A DNA stretch of 64,000 nucleotides from IMG/VR virus record IMGVR_UViG_3300047678_000069, positions 1,942 through 65,941 of that record, one strand, 5' to 3'. The translations under genes were made by a program, and so were the position numbers. Below the pieces are notes generated by a model. The model did no database searches. It saw nothing but the letters and a program-made list of their open reading frames with translations, and had not been told where the DNA came from. This stretch comes from a virus. Taxonomy: Duplodnaviria; Caudoviricetes. Positions 37,555-47,950 of this stretch are shown here, piece by piece; position 1 is the stretch's first letter; every line of letters starts with the position of its first letter.

Positions 37555-38364
37555 TTAACCTTGGTTCTCAGGGGGAACAGATTTGTGCCATCGATAGTTT
37601 GAAACATAGCCGGGGACTGCAACACGGTCACTCTCATAATGGTCAGGTTGTGTTCCGTCTCTCAGCCACCCGTTGACAACATGCATTGACTTCAAAACTT
37701 TGTTGCGTTCTTCTGCCTCAGGAATTGGCTCGGAATCTAAACGGTCTGTGACACGTCCGTACCAATTCGAATCGCGAGGGCCTAAGTGCAGGACCGTGAA
37801 CGGCATTCTCTTTCTCTCATGTGGAGGCCACAGGTTCTGAAAATAACTGTCGCCACCTCCTGCGTGCCTGAATGTTGGATCATACCAATACGGTTGATCT
37901 CTCAGGTAAGGGCTTGAGGCATTGAACAGTTGGAAGAAGCCGGGGAACTCTCTGTCATGTGTCGACTTAGCATATCTCCAAGCCCTATCAGGATTGCCCT
38001 GACTGAAGTCTACAGGATTGTTGAGAATAAGACGACTTGGACCGTACAACTTGACAGGATCAAGTTGCGGCAGGTTCATAGCCGGGGGGAATACAATGTC
38101 AGCATCCCAGATTATGATCCACCCATCTCTCCCCAGTAAATCTAGCCCCTCTTCCATTGCAAGCCCCTTATTGAAGCGGGCACCGTAACGAGTAAAAGCA
38201 TCTGTCCTGTGCAGCTTTACTGAGGGAAAGTACGAGACGAGGTCAGCGGTCTTGGTGTCAGTCAGGGAAGTCACCACCACACACTCTTCCATGTACTTCA
38301 TGTTCAGGGGGAGTGTCATCCTCAAAAGGTCGTCATAGTCTACGCAGATTACAATGCCTCTCAT
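37555..38364 (-). CDS. GT-A fold glycosyltransferase (paralog)
   Basis: VICVDYDD, FNKGLAMEEGL, WIIIWDADI, GFFQLF, AGGGDSYF. Confidence 0.85.
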   Translation of the reverse strand: MRGIVICVDYDDLLRMTLPLNMKYMEECVVVTSLTDTKTADLVSYFPSVKLHRTDAFTRYGARFNKGLAMEEGLDLLGRDGWIIIWDADIVFPPAMNLPQLDPVKLYGPSRLILNNPVDFSQGNPDRAWRYAKSTHDREFPGFFQLFNASSPYLRDQPYWYDPTFRHAGGGDSYFQNLWPPHERKRMPFTVLHLGPRDSNWYGRVTDRLDSEPIPEAEERNKVLKSMHVVNGWLRDGTQPDHYESDRVAVPGYVSNYRWHKSVPPENQG

Positions 38365-38951
38365 TGGGCTCCCTTTCTCTTCAGTGTGACAAGTGAATTG
38401 CAGCGATTGACTATGCTGTAGTGTTGGTCAACTATGAATGCGTCAACTGCAGGCTTCACACCTGTCCATGTTGGGTCTTCATAATCATGCAGGAACACAG
38501 TAGACGGTCTGAACTTCGCAACAACTGCCAGATCAGCCGACACCCCTTCAAACGAATGATCACCATCGATGAACACGATAGGCAACTCTGGAAAATAAGG
38601 TGACTTATGAAACTCCTCAAGTGTTCCAGTGAATAGTTGCATGTTCGGCAGAGCATTAGAAACCCAATGATCCTTCCTCTTCACTTCCTTGTTGGCATAT
38701 TCCTGCGGAGGGTCAACTTCGATTGAGGCAAAGTTGTCAATACAGTACAGATCAAGGTTTGGATGTGACTTTGCGATAATGTGAGCCGACACTCCTGAAG
38801 CTGTTCCAACTTCGATCAGGGTTCCGTAGTTTGGAAGCTGTGCGATCAATACCATCAATTCAGTGTATGACAACCATGAGGCCCCCTGAAGTCCCCGATA
38901 GAGTCTTGGTAGTGCATTGTCGTTGTGATCGTTGATTGGTTCAGGAATCAT
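38361..38951 (-). CDS. Class I SAM methyltransferase (Methyltransf_24-like)
   Basis: IEVGTASGVS, FIDGDHSFEGV, FLHDY, GVKPAVD. Confidence 0.9.
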   Translation of the reverse strand: MIPEPINDHNDNALPRLYRGLQGASWLSYTELMVLIAQLPNYGTLIEVGTASGVSAHIIAKSHPNLDLYCIDNFASIEVDPPQEYANKEVKRKDHWVSNALPNMQLFTGTLEEFHKSPYFPELPIVFIDGDHSFEGVSADLAVVAKFRPSTVFLHDYEDPTWTGVKPAVDAFIVDQHYSIVNRCNSLVTLKRKGAQ

Positions 38952-39613
38952 CGAAAATTCTCCGCGACGCAATAGATGAAATTCTCTTTGGGGACAATCC
39001 GCTTGGTCACGATGTAATTGACCTTATACTTCGCTTCGATCAGCATTGTGGTCAATGATGTTGAATTGAAGAACCAGAAGTGGTCTGAGTTGTACAGGTC
39101 ACTATCGTCAGGGATCAGAATGAAGGCGAGCCCGTGAGGCTTCAGGACTGTTTTGAGTTTCTCCAAAGCTGATGGAGCGTCCTCAAAGTGCTCAAGAGAG
39201 TGAGCCAGGAAAGCAACATCGTATTCCTGTGTAGGCTCAAACTCCTCAAAGGTTGAATTGTGTACCGTGATCTCAGGCCACTTCTCACTCATGAGGTCAC
39301 ATGCCCACTTGGAAGGTTCAACCGCTGTGTATGTGAATTTCTTTTCAAGAAACATTGGAACATACTGTGAGCGACCTGAACCTATCTCAATGACAGACTT
39401 ACCTCGTCCATAAGGAAGCGGCGGGAAGTTCTCATTGAACTCTCGAATATGGTTTTCATCCTTTCCCTGAATCGAGTCATAGTATTCCTGCGACAAAAGC
39501 TGGATTGGGTTGTAACTCTTCTGATGGCGAGGACATTTCCGAATGTTGTAGCGGGCTGATGTTGTGGGGTGTACCCTGAGAAGGCAACCGCAAGTCAATG
39601 GATGTGTAATCAT
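38948..39613 (-). CDS. Class I SAM methyltransferase
   Basis: VIEIGSGRS, VEPS, HSLEHFED, LKPHG. Confidence 0.9.
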   Translation of the reverse strand: MITHPLTCGCLLRVHPTTSARYNIRKCPRHQKSYNPIQLLSQEYYDSIQGKDENHIREFNENFPPLPYGRGKSVIEIGSGRSQYVPMFLEKKFTYTAVEPSKWACDLMSEKWPEITVHNSTFEEFEPTQEYDVAFLAHSLEHFEDAPSALEKLKTVLKPHGLAFILIPDDSDLYNSDHFWFFNSTSLTTMLIEAKYKVNYIVTKRIVPKENFIYCVAENFR

Positions 39614-40599
39614 CAGTAAGCTCCATTCTCAATGTAGTCAGTAGACTTTGGAAGATGTTTTTCACCGAGTTGAACAACGTCAGTGATCTGCTGAATGGCT
39701 CGTGAGTCTCGAAGCTTGACCATCGGAAGATGCATGGCACTGATCTGCTCTGCAGGGCCTGAGTTAGCAAGAGCCCCGTATCCCTTCAGAGGAATTCCAC
39801 AACCGTGACAATGAAGCTTGACCTGATCAGCGTAAGCCTTCATCGAATGTCTCCACCATCCCGGCACAACAGGGGACCCCACATCAGGAATAGGGTGTCC
39901 AGATCCGTTATAGTTTGGGTTGTGCTGATGCAACATTGCGTGAGCCCCGGCGATCTCACAGAAGTAGGCTCGAAGCTCCCCCCTGAAGATACAGACCATC
40001 GCTGACCAATATTTGTTGATATCACAATTAGCAATCAGGTTCCAACGTTCGCCTTCATCCTTGATCACATCACTCATGGCAACGAGTGGAGGCCCGTGTC
40101 TTGAATCCTGATCAAGCCCCTTCAGATTGTTAGCAAGGAATTTTTGAGTTGAAGGCCAGTCAGTTAAAAACTGTTGCCAAGCTTCCTCATCCTGATGGAC
40201 ATTAAGGTTTGACACGGCAGGATTGAATGTTTCCTCCATGATCGCACCCTTACCCCTCGGATGATTGCACCATAGTCCTCGCTGTTCAAACGGAACTTTG
40301 GCTCTGAGAATTTCGCAGAGGATATCAAACTGTGGATGTAGAGCAGGATTGCCTCCAAACATTCCCACCACTCCGAAGTAGGCATTAGGAGTTCCAAACT
40401 CTAGTGAATCAATTGCCTGTTCGTACTGTTCTGGAGTAATGAATTCAGCCTTGCCTCCAAACTGTGAATTTTGTGTGCAGTGAAAACATTTCTTGTCACA
40501 TGTACGGGTGATCCAGATTTGCATAACCCCGCGTCTCCAGATGCCGGGTCGTAGTTGTCCGGGAGGGACCATTTTCTTTAATGCGTAATCCAAGTTCAT
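39613..40599 (-). CDS. Radical SAM enzyme
   Basis: CDKKCFHC (CxxxCxxC), FGGNPALHP, additional C-terminal Cys residues. Confidence 0.88.
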   Translation of the reverse strand: MNLDYALKKMVPPGQLRPGIWRRGVMQIWITRTCDKKCFHCTQNSQFGGKAEFITPEQYEQAIDSLEFGTPNAYFGVVGMFGGNPALHPQFDILCEILRAKVPFEQRGLWCNHPRGKGAIMEETFNPAVSNLNVHQDEEAWQQFLTDWPSTQKFLANNLKGLDQDSRHGPPLVAMSDVIKDEGERWNLIANCDINKYWSAMVCIFRGELRAYFCEIAGAHAMLHQHNPNYNGSGHPIPDVGSPVVPGWWRHSMKAYADQVKLHCHGCGIPLKGYGALANSGPAEQISAMHLPMVKLRDSRAIQQITDVVQLGEKHLPKSTDYIENGAY

Positions 40600-40614
40600 T
40601 GCGGCGAACTTTCT

Positions 40615-41718
40615 TTAAGAGAGAAGTGATAGAGCGTCAAACGATTCACCGGGGAATGATTCAGCCAACGGATGTCGATTGTTCCCCATAGATGAGACTA
40701 TACCTGTATGCTGAACAAGTGAGGGATTGTGAACATACTCGAACCAACCTGAAAGCTTCATTGTGTCTGAGATACCTCCATCGATTGATCGGTGTCCTCG
40801 TTCTGGATCCTGCATCTTGTCTAATAGAAAACGATGAGCCAACAGAGTTTTGACTCCTTCAGCAGTGAAGACAAGAGCAACAGCCCCTCTGCCATTTTGA
40901 TTCGACATATAAAGTCCAGTATAGCCAGTTGGACAAATACTTTGGTTGCTTGGGAATGTGTAGAGGTTAAGGTATCCCTTATCCGGGAAGCTCACATTGT
41001 CAAGGTAGGCTTTCAGATTCCGCACAGTAACGAAATCATCCTGAAAGATTGCGTAACGATCCGCATGAGGTTTTCTGATGTAGAGTTCATACAGAGTCAG
41101 TATCCAATGTCCGGCTGTTCTGATATGGTCCCTGAACGTCACAGGATGCCCTAGGACGCGATATGAGGCTTCATGCTGTGTTTCAGACGCATCGACAAAC
41201 AGACGCGGTTCTGAGAAGCCTGCGAGCTTCAGAGAATCGAGCGTCTGAGGGAGTGTCGTCTCAAGTCTTGACGGAACAGTCGTAACACCGTAGCTCCATA
41301 TCAATGATCTCAACTGAGTTTCCGCAGACTTTACTGGGGAAGAGAGGCCAGTGATCGAAGTGAACATGGCAGCAGCGTCCTTCAGCGTGCCTTGCACAAC
41401 TCTTGAGGCCCATGAACCAAGCTGATTCAGTTTCTCCTGACGTTCAGCACAACCGCACTCTTCACCAAGCCAGTCTGAAACAAGCTCCTTTGTGATTCCG
41501 ACACTACTTAGAGCAGCGGATACATGATCTCCCAATCCTTTCGAGGGCGGATCAGATTGAGGCGAATGATTGACTGGATGATTCTTTGAGACTACCGCCA
41601 GAATCTCATCAACTACAGTTCCCTGTCCGCTTCGACACTTCATCCAGAGTACAGGGTGAAGAGATCTGGCTCTGACTGTACAGTAACCGGCTATTGGACA
41701 ATTACACTTCGTGGTCAT
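40615..41718 (-). CDS. Cys-rich N-terminal domain fused to a glycosyltransferase (GT25-like)
   Basis: KGLGD...CGCAERQEKLN domain, then AIFQDDF and PSLVQHTG. Confidence 0.78.
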   Translation of the reverse strand: MTTKCNCPIAGYCTVRARSLHPVLWMKCRSGQGTVVDEILAVVSKNHPVNHSPQSDPPSKGLGDHVSAALSSVGITKELVSDWLGEECGCAERQEKLNQLGSWASRVVQGTLKDAAAMFTSITGLSSPVKSAETQLRSLIWSYGVTTVPSRLETTLPQTLDSLKLAGFSEPRLFVDASETQHEASYRVLGHPVTFRDHIRTAGHWILTLYELYIRKPHADRYAIFQDDFVTVRNLKAYLDNVSFPDKGYLNLYTFPSNQSICPTGYTGLYMSNQNGRGAVALVFTAEGVKTLLAHRFLLDKMQDPERGHRSIDGGISDTMKLSGWFEYVHNPSLVQHTGIVSSMGNNRHPLAESFPGESFDALSLLS

Positions 41719-43124
41719 AATCCTGAATCTCCCACATCCAGATAAACTTTGCTCGGAAGAGTTGAAGGACCTCCGAATACTCCTGTATTGGTAGTTGATC
41801 TAGTTCTATAGTCAAAGGTCAGGGGTAATTCAACTTCGCCTTCTTCAGAACAGGCAACATTTCGAGACCACTGAGCTATCAGTCCATTAAATTGTCCGAG
41901 ACCGTAAGGTCCAAAGAACGGCCATATGTCAAAGATCCCAAACTTAGACATTCCCGGCAGCACAGAGAACACGTCTGGGGTAATCCGGTCCTTGATCTTG
42001 AACTTCCCCTCTTGGTATGACTCAGGATAATTCAATGAGACTGTGTTATTGGGGTATGTATATCCGAAGATGGTTGAATAGTAATTTGGATAGAACTGGG
42101 TTGTGTAGTTTACTATTGTGGTGTCGTTAGATCCGAAAATAGATGCCTGACCAAAGACCGGCTGTGGATTAGTGAAGTTGCCGATATTTGAGCAGAGGCC
42201 GGGGCGAACATACAGAGACACTGACCATCGAGGATGTACCACCCAGAAGTATCCACAGAGTTTAGCTGACGCCAGATAGTAGGCGTGGGCATAGGTTTCT
42301 GGGTAAGGCTCTATGGGATCTAAATTTCTGTTGCCGGGGACTGCATTTGAAGGATGTCCCATGAGGAATCTAGGGTCCAGTCCGTTGACTAATGCCTCAG
42401 AAGTTCTGGGAACTGATCTGAATCCATCGATGTAAACTATATTGCGGTTGTTGATGTCATTGAGAACATAGAGGTTGTCATCAAGATTGGAATCAGCCAT
42501 CTGCACTTCACCGCTCTGCTCAGAGAACGGATGCACGACATAGAACCTTTGCTTCCAAGCCCTTGCAGGCGGATTGCTTAAATACTGTATGGAATACTGT
42601 CTCCAGTTAGGATTTGGAGGATAAGGGTCAAGCGTCACAACGTCATTATTCCATATGCTCCACGGCATCTTCATATTAGCGATGGAGGTCCAAGTACATT
42701 CAGGGGCAGTCCCCTTTGTAAGATAACTGGCAAGATGTTTGACCTGATAGTTCAGTCCTGTGGGTACATCAGGATGGGTTCTATTAGCTTCCAGATCAAT
42801 GTAAGTAGTCTTGGTTCCAGTTGCAGGATTAATGACATAGAGTGGGTGAGTGTAAGACCCTGACTTGGAGCCCGACTCTGTTTTACTGAGAAGAGTAGAC
42901 GGGACTGCATGAGCACCCAATGCTGAATGCAGTCTCAGATTCATCGCTGCTGGATAGCCTGCAGGACGATTGACGTTGGTGCATCCATGACACTTGTAGA
43001 CAGGTGGCATCTTCACAGGATAGACGCAGGCACGACAGGGGCCAATATCCTGCTCTGGCATAACTTCATTCAGGCAGAGGGGACGCCAATATTTCTTGTC
43101 TTCTGTGAACAGGTAGTCTGGCAT
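41715..43124 (-). CDS. Probable tail/receptor-binding protein
   Basis: Last gene of the tail module; aromatic/Asn/Pro-rich; Cys-rich N-terminus. Confidence 0.55.
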   Translation of the reverse strand: MPDYLFTEDKKYWRPLCLNEVMPEQDIGPCRACVYPVKMPPVYKCHGCTNVNRPAGYPAAMNLRLHSALGAHAVPSTLLSKTESGSKSGSYTHPLYVINPATGTKTTYIDLEANRTHPDVPTGLNYQVKHLASYLTKGTAPECTWTSIANMKMPWSIWNNDVVTLDPYPPNPNWRQYSIQYLSNPPARAWKQRFYVVHPFSEQSGEVQMADSNLDDNLYVLNDINNRNIVYIDGFRSVPRTSEALVNGLDPRFLMGHPSNAVPGNRNLDPIEPYPETYAHAYYLASAKLCGYFWVVHPRWSVSLYVRPGLCSNIGNFTNPQPVFGQASIFGSNDTTIVNYTTQFYPNYYSTIFGYTYPNNTVSLNYPESYQEGKFKIKDRITPDVFSVLPGMSKFGIFDIWPFFGPYGLGQFNGLIAQWSRNVACSEEGEVELPLTFDYRTRSTTNTGVFGGPSTLPSKVYLDVGDSGL

Positions 43125-43152
43125 TTGATCAACTCAGGGTAAAAGTCAGGGA

Positions 43153-43443
43153 CTATGGACAATCACATGGAACATCAAGAACCGTATAGATGGGGTATGA
43201 CCCTGTTGGAGGTACAGGTGAGCCGCCGTTTGTACAGTGATCTTCAATCATGAAGAACACAAAGCTATCCCACACCCACTTAGAAGTACCACATCCACCA
43301 GTTCCTGTTCCCGTTCCCGGCATTGAAACCGGAACAACACAAGCAAGGCACTGCTCACCATTGACTGATGTTTCAGGCTTTACTGTGTTTGTGCAGAGGG
43401 CTCTCCAATATTTCTTTGGAGACGAGAAAACCATTGTTGGCAT
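43153..43443 (-). CDS. Small Cys-rich tail-associated protein
   Basis: N-terminus paralogous to 41715-43124; GTGTGTGG linker. Confidence 0.6.
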   Translation of the reverse strand: MPTMVFSSPKKYWRALCTNTVKPETSVNGEQCLACVVPVSMPGTGTGTGGCGTSKWVWDSFVFFMIEDHCTNGGSPVPPTGSYPIYTVLDVPCDCP

Positions 43444-43445
43444 GA

Positions 43446-44210
43446 TTAGGTTCCTGCGATCAGATTGTTGGGCCAGTGTATTTCAAGTCGCATGTCAGGA
43501 GATGCAAGTGGGTCCCATTTGATGTAAGCTCCCGTGACTGTAAGTGTGACAGGGGCACCTAAGCTATCGAATCCGATTATCTGACTGCTTACGTTCTTTG
43601 ACCAGAAGCCATCTCCTGAATCATAATCAAGCCAATGTTCATCAGCAGGCAGAACTGTGACGCCATATGGCTCCTCGCTTTTCTTACTGTAAAGATTCGC
43701 GAGTGCAACCGCAACCCTTGAGGTGGTTTTCTCTCCCCCCACGATTATGTCGTATTCGGATTCCTTATAGCAGAAGCACCCACAGACTCCTGAAATGAGA
43801 GGAGTGGTTGAAGGGCCTGCAGCAGAAGCGGCGAGCCAAACACCGTCTTTCGTTCTCAGAACTACGATCCAAGTTTGTCCTGGAATGACATTCGTTGAGA
43901 TGTTGTATACCGTCTTGTCTGGTATGTCCATCGGAGTCAGATTGTTATCGATGATTCTCCAGATTTCACATTCAGCAGAACCTGGAGCATCCCCTGTTCC
44001 TGTTCCGGTTGATGTACCGGCTTGGATTGATAAAGGAGCAATTCCGTTCGATGGAGTCAGGGCAATATAAACCTCAGGAGTGAATTGATCGTCACCGGCA
44101 AGGAAGTTTGGATTCTTTGTGCCTAGGTTCTGTATTCTTTGGAGTTCGGATGAAACAACCTGTTTGATCAGGGCCATATCCGTATCAGTGAGTAAATTCA
44201 GTTTAGCCAT
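43446..44210 (-). CDS. Putative minor tail protein
   Basis: Position in the tail module; GTSTGTGTG tract. Confidence 0.6.
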   Translation of the reverse strand: MAKLNLLTDTDMALIKQVVSSELQRIQNLGTKNPNFLAGDDQFTPEVYIALTPSNGIAPLSIQAGTSTGTGTGDAPGSAECEIWRIIDNNLTPMDIPDKTVYNISTNVIPGQTWIVVLRTKDGVWLAASAAGPSTTPLISGVCGCFCYKESEYDIIVGGEKTTSRVAVALANLYSKKSEEPYGVTVLPADEHWLDYDSGDGFWSKNVSSQIIGFDSLGAPVTLTVTGAYIKWDPLASPDMRLEIHWPNNLIAGT

Positions 44211-44214
44211 TTTA

Positions 44215-44661
44215 TCACTCTGGGATTAAGGTTGTTGTGCAACGTGTAGAACCGTATGAGCTTCGAAGCTTCATTGACTTGAAATCAGCGAATGGAAACC
44301 TTGCCGATTCTCCTGCTGGGATGAAGATGACCGGCGAAGCGTCTCCAAATGAGATTTCAATCACATGGAGTTTGTCGGCATTCTCAGCAGGCGGCATTAC
44401 CCCAAGTTCAATATCTGAATCAACACTGAGTTGAACCTGAGGGGCAGGGATGTGACGATTCTGAATCACGATGAGAGAACACTTCTCAAGCCATCCTGCT
44501 TGAAATGGAACCTTTTCCTCAGTGAGAAAGAAGGTTCTTTGAAAAGGCTGTTCCTCAGTAGTGAGGTATCGTGAATAACCAAGCTTGATTTCAAACGTCT
44601 CTTCAGAAGGACGCTGATGGTATACTGTGTCTGAGACCGTTACCCTGAGATCGTGATTCAT
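44215..44661 (-). CDS. Hypothetical protein (tail region)
   Basis: 148 aa, beta-rich. Confidence 0.6.
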   Translation of the reverse strand: MNHDLRVTVSDTVYHQRPSEETFEIKLGYSRYLTTEEQPFQRTFFLTEEKVPFQAGWLEKCSLIVIQNRHIPAPQVQLSVDSDIELGVMPPAENADKLHVIEISFGDASPVIFIPAGESARFPFADFKSMKLRSSYGSTRCTTTLIPE

Positions 44662-44675
44662 TGCGGCGAATCTTT

Positions 44676-45647
44676 CTATAATGAGGAGGGGATGCCGAGA
44701 GAAAGAAAGTTGGACTCTGGATAGTATTCAATTTTGAGTTGATGCAGGGATTCACCGACACCTGTACCTGTCTGTGGAATACCTAGCGGTTCACCTGCAC
44801 CGTTCAGAGGAAGCCTGATCGGATTGCCTGCTCTGTCAATTGCTTTGATGAAGTGTCTTGGATTATTCTTGTCAGGAGCACTTCCGCCGATCTTGTCAAG
44901 AGTCCAGTTTCCTGTAAGCTTATCCCAATGCCCGTTCAATACCTTGTTCCCCTCATCGACAACGTATCGATCAAAGGTCTTGGCATCGATATCAAACTCG
45001 AATGTTCTGGTATAGTAGTATGTACAGGTTCCATACAACTTACGTTCCCAGTTTACATTGCTGAGTTTGACACACCGCCGAGACATCCCCCACAATGTAG
45101 AGTCATTGACAGTGTCAATCATATTAGCAAACGTCGACAGCCCAAGGGAGGTTACATTCTGTCCAATCTTGACTGTCGGCCTGTTTGCATCGAATTCAAC
45201 CTGTTGTCCCTGAAACGGCTCCCATGAGGATGAACGAATGACTGCACCAAAACGGTTGTAGGTCGCCTCTTTGGTGTATTTCGTGAATGATCCGCTAAGC
45301 TGTTGAGGCTCGCTGAGTGGATCAGATATAGTTGAGGTTTGGCATCGACTGAGAGGCTTTGTTGAAAACTTCTGATCGACTCTCCAAAACCTGACCCACT
45401 CTCCTTCTTTGATTTCAGGGGCTCGACTGATTTTCATATAAGGATAGCAGAATGCCCAAGTGTCATTGTCGTTTCCGAAATTCCACGTTGAGCCTACTGC
45501 AGGCAATCCTGACGCCATCATCACTGTATATGGACCGTCATTCTTGCTTGACGTTTCAACAAGGTGGGTAACCGTGAAGGTTCTATGTCCTTCATCATCA
45601 CGCTCACCTTCCCAAACTCTGATGCCTGTCTTCACTGTTGCCGTCAT
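44676..45647 (-). CDS. Putative distal tail/hub protein
   Basis: Directly follows the tape measure gene. Confidence 0.65.
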   Translation of the reverse strand: MTATVKTGIRVWEGERDDEGHRTFTVTHLVETSSKNDGPYTVMMASGLPAVGSTWNFGNDNDTWAFCYPYMKISRAPEIKEGEWVRFWRVDQKFSTKPLSRCQTSTISDPLSEPQQLSGSFTKYTKEATYNRFGAVIRSSSWEPFQGQQVEFDANRPTVKIGQNVTSLGLSTFANMIDTVNDSTLWGMSRRCVKLSNVNWERKLYGTCTYYYTRTFEFDIDAKTFDRYVVDEGNKVLNGHWDKLTGNWTLDKIGGSAPDKNNPRHFIKAIDRAGNPIRLPLNGAGEPLGIPQTGTGVGESLHQLKIEYYPESNFLSLGIPSSL

Positions 45648-47950
45648 TATGCTCCCCCGATATTCGAAATGCCAATCATGTCAAAGAAGCCTTTGCCCTT
45701 CTCACGACCTTGGGCAACAAGTTCAGTTAGATTCTCAACCATAGTCTCAAACAGAGGTTTGTTGTCGGCACTGTTCGCGTTTGGATTCTTCGGAGTCTGG
45801 ATTGTCATTTTGTCACGATAAGCCGCAATGACATCATAAGCCTTCGTGGTTCCGGCAGCGACTGCATCGATAGCCCCCACAGCTCCTTTGACCCCACTTG
45901 TGAAAGCTTCCCCCATCTTCATTCCGGTTTCAGTTGCTCTATCAAATGTTGCTGGGGAAATGATCGGAGCAACATATTCGTCCCATATATCGGTTCCCAT
46001 TTGTGCGAATCCGAATATTCCAGTACCTCCGACTTTACGATTATCAACTGCATTCTTTGCAGCTTTCTGAGCGTCTTCCCAAGCTTTACGTGCAGCTTCA
46101 CCGGGGGCAGAAGCCTTTTTGAGGGCCTCTTCTCGCATGACCTCATTTTCAGCTTGAAGATCACGATAATATTTTCGAGTTTCCTCTAGTGTCTTATTCG
46201 CAGCAGTAGCGTCGATGGTAGGCATCTTCCACTTATCCGGCATCACCGCGTTGAAGCTTTCAATCAGCCAGTTCATTGATTCAATGATATTCACTACCAT
46301 CTTGTCAAATGTTTCACCAAGTGCCGATTGTAATCCTATCCATACACTAGCGATGAATGATTTTGTCTTGATCCACCCGGATTCAATATCCACAAGCATC
46401 GAAGTCCAAAGGTAACTCACTGAAGTGGTGATAACTTTCCAAGCTAATTCAAATTCACCATTCTTAATGAGGTCTACTACTAAGAGAAATTGATCCCCGA
46501 TGAATTTAAACGCAGATTGAAGTTGATTTGCAGCCCATGCCCCGATATTGGTGAATTTATTCAATCCATAAGCTGCGGCTGTGATGCCAGCAATGATCAA
46601 TCCAAGAGGGCTAAATACTGCGGCAAGGATTGGAATCAACCCTGCGATGACAGCACTTGCAGAGGTGAACCCAATAACAGCTAACTTCACAGCCGCTGCA
46701 ATTCCAGCCCATAGAACTAGAAAATCAGCGTTATCTACAACCCATTCGGCAATAGAAGCCCCGACACTCACAATGGTATTCCAGAAGCTTGTGAGATAAG
46801 GAATTACTGATCCAACTTCACGTCGGATTGTCGAGAAAGCGTCTTGAAGAATCGGGGTTACAGCTCCAATTGTTGAAGAGGCGACTGAATAGATACCGGA
46901 AAGAAGTGGGGAGATGTATGTTTGGAATAAGTCAGAAATCATATTCAGTCCCCACATCACCTTAGGGACAATCCATCTAATAACATTTCCAAAAGCGTTG
47001 CTAATGACTGGCCCCCACACTTCAACTGTCTTAATGACACTTTTCAATGTACTTCTAATGTCAAGTTTTTCAATTAACACTGCACCCATCTTGGTGACTT
47101 CTAGTTTTATAGTGTCAGCAAGAGTTGACCAAAGACCGAATACAGTATTCGATTGCTTCTCCATCATATTGAAGAATTTCCCGCCGGGTCCACTTGCTGA
47201 GATGAAGGCTTGCTCAACCATTTGGGCAGAGATTCGACCAGCTTCCATTTCAGTTTTCAGTTGAGCAAGGCTCTTGCCGGAGGTCCGTGCCATTTCCTGA
47301 AGAGGATTGAATCCCCAATTGATCATCTGCAACAGGTCCTGACCCATCAGGCGTCCTGCTGCCTGTGTCTGTGAGTAGGCGTAGGCAAGTCCGTTGAGTT
47401 TATTCTGGTCACCTGCTGCAACGTCTCCGAGGGCTTTCAGCGTTGGCATGATCTTGTTTTGAGCGACTCCGAAGTTCAACATCATCTGAGCAGCAGAGCG
47501 AAGCCCAGGCATCTCAAATGGTGTTTTCGCTGCAAAGTCATTCAGTTCTGCCAGCATCTTCTTGGCAGCACTTGCTGAACCCAACATGACCTCAAATGAG
47601 ATAGCTGATTGTTCAGCTTCTGCGGCGAGCTTCATCGCATATCCACCACCTGCGATACCGCCAGCAATCCCACCGACTCCCATCAATCCCGCTGCGGCAC
47701 CTGCTCCGACAGAACCGAGCCCCATTGCTGTAACGGCTCCGGCTTTATTAACAAGTCCACTCAGAGCTGAAGCGGCTGAAGCAGCGTATCCCTTCACCTT
47801 TGAAGTCAGACTTTGGATTGTACTTGCGTGACGTTCAATCTGTGTGGCAGTCTTTTGAGAGTAGGAAGCAGCCTGCTGCATCATTGAGCGATAGCTGCTT
47901 CCATCTCCAACCAGACTGACGACCAGACGTTCTACTTCTGTGCCTGTCAT
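45647..47950 (-). CDS. Tail tape measure protein
   Basis: FEVMLGS...FAAKTPFE...LGDVAAG...GRLMGQDLLQM tape-measure domain; Ala-rich helical composition. Confidence 0.93.
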   Translation of the reverse strand: MTGTEVERLVVSLVGDGSSYRSMMQQAASYSQKTATQIERHASTIQSLTSKVKGYAASAASALSGLVNKAGAVTAMGLGSVGAGAAAGLMGVGGIAGGIAGGGYAMKLAAEAEQSAISFEVMLGSASAAKKMLAELNDFAAKTPFEMPGLRSAAQMMLNFGVAQNKIMPTLKALGDVAAGDQNKLNGLAYAYSQTQAAGRLMGQDLLQMINWGFNPLQEMARTSGKSLAQLKTEMEAGRISAQMVEQAFISASGPGGKFFNMMEKQSNTVFGLWSTLADTIKLEVTKMGAVLIEKLDIRSTLKSVIKTVEVWGPVISNAFGNVIRWIVPKVMWGLNMISDLFQTYISPLLSGIYSVASSTIGAVTPILQDAFSTIRREVGSVIPYLTSFWNTIVSVGASIAEWVVDNADFLVLWAGIAAAVKLAVIGFTSASAVIAGLIPILAAVFSPLGLIIAGITAAAYGLNKFTNIGAWAANQLQSAFKFIGDQFLLVVDLIKNGEFELAWKVITTSVSYLWTSMLVDIESGWIKTKSFIASVWIGLQSALGETFDKMVVNIIESMNWLIESFNAVMPDKWKMPTIDATAANKTLEETRKYYRDLQAENEVMREEALKKASAPGEAARKAWEDAQKAAKNAVDNRKVGGTGIFGFAQMGTDIWDEYVAPIISPATFDRATETGMKMGEAFTSGVKGAVGAIDAVAAGTTKAYDVIAAYRDKMTIQTPKNPNANSADNKPLFETMVENLTELVAQGREKGKGFFDMIGISNIGGA

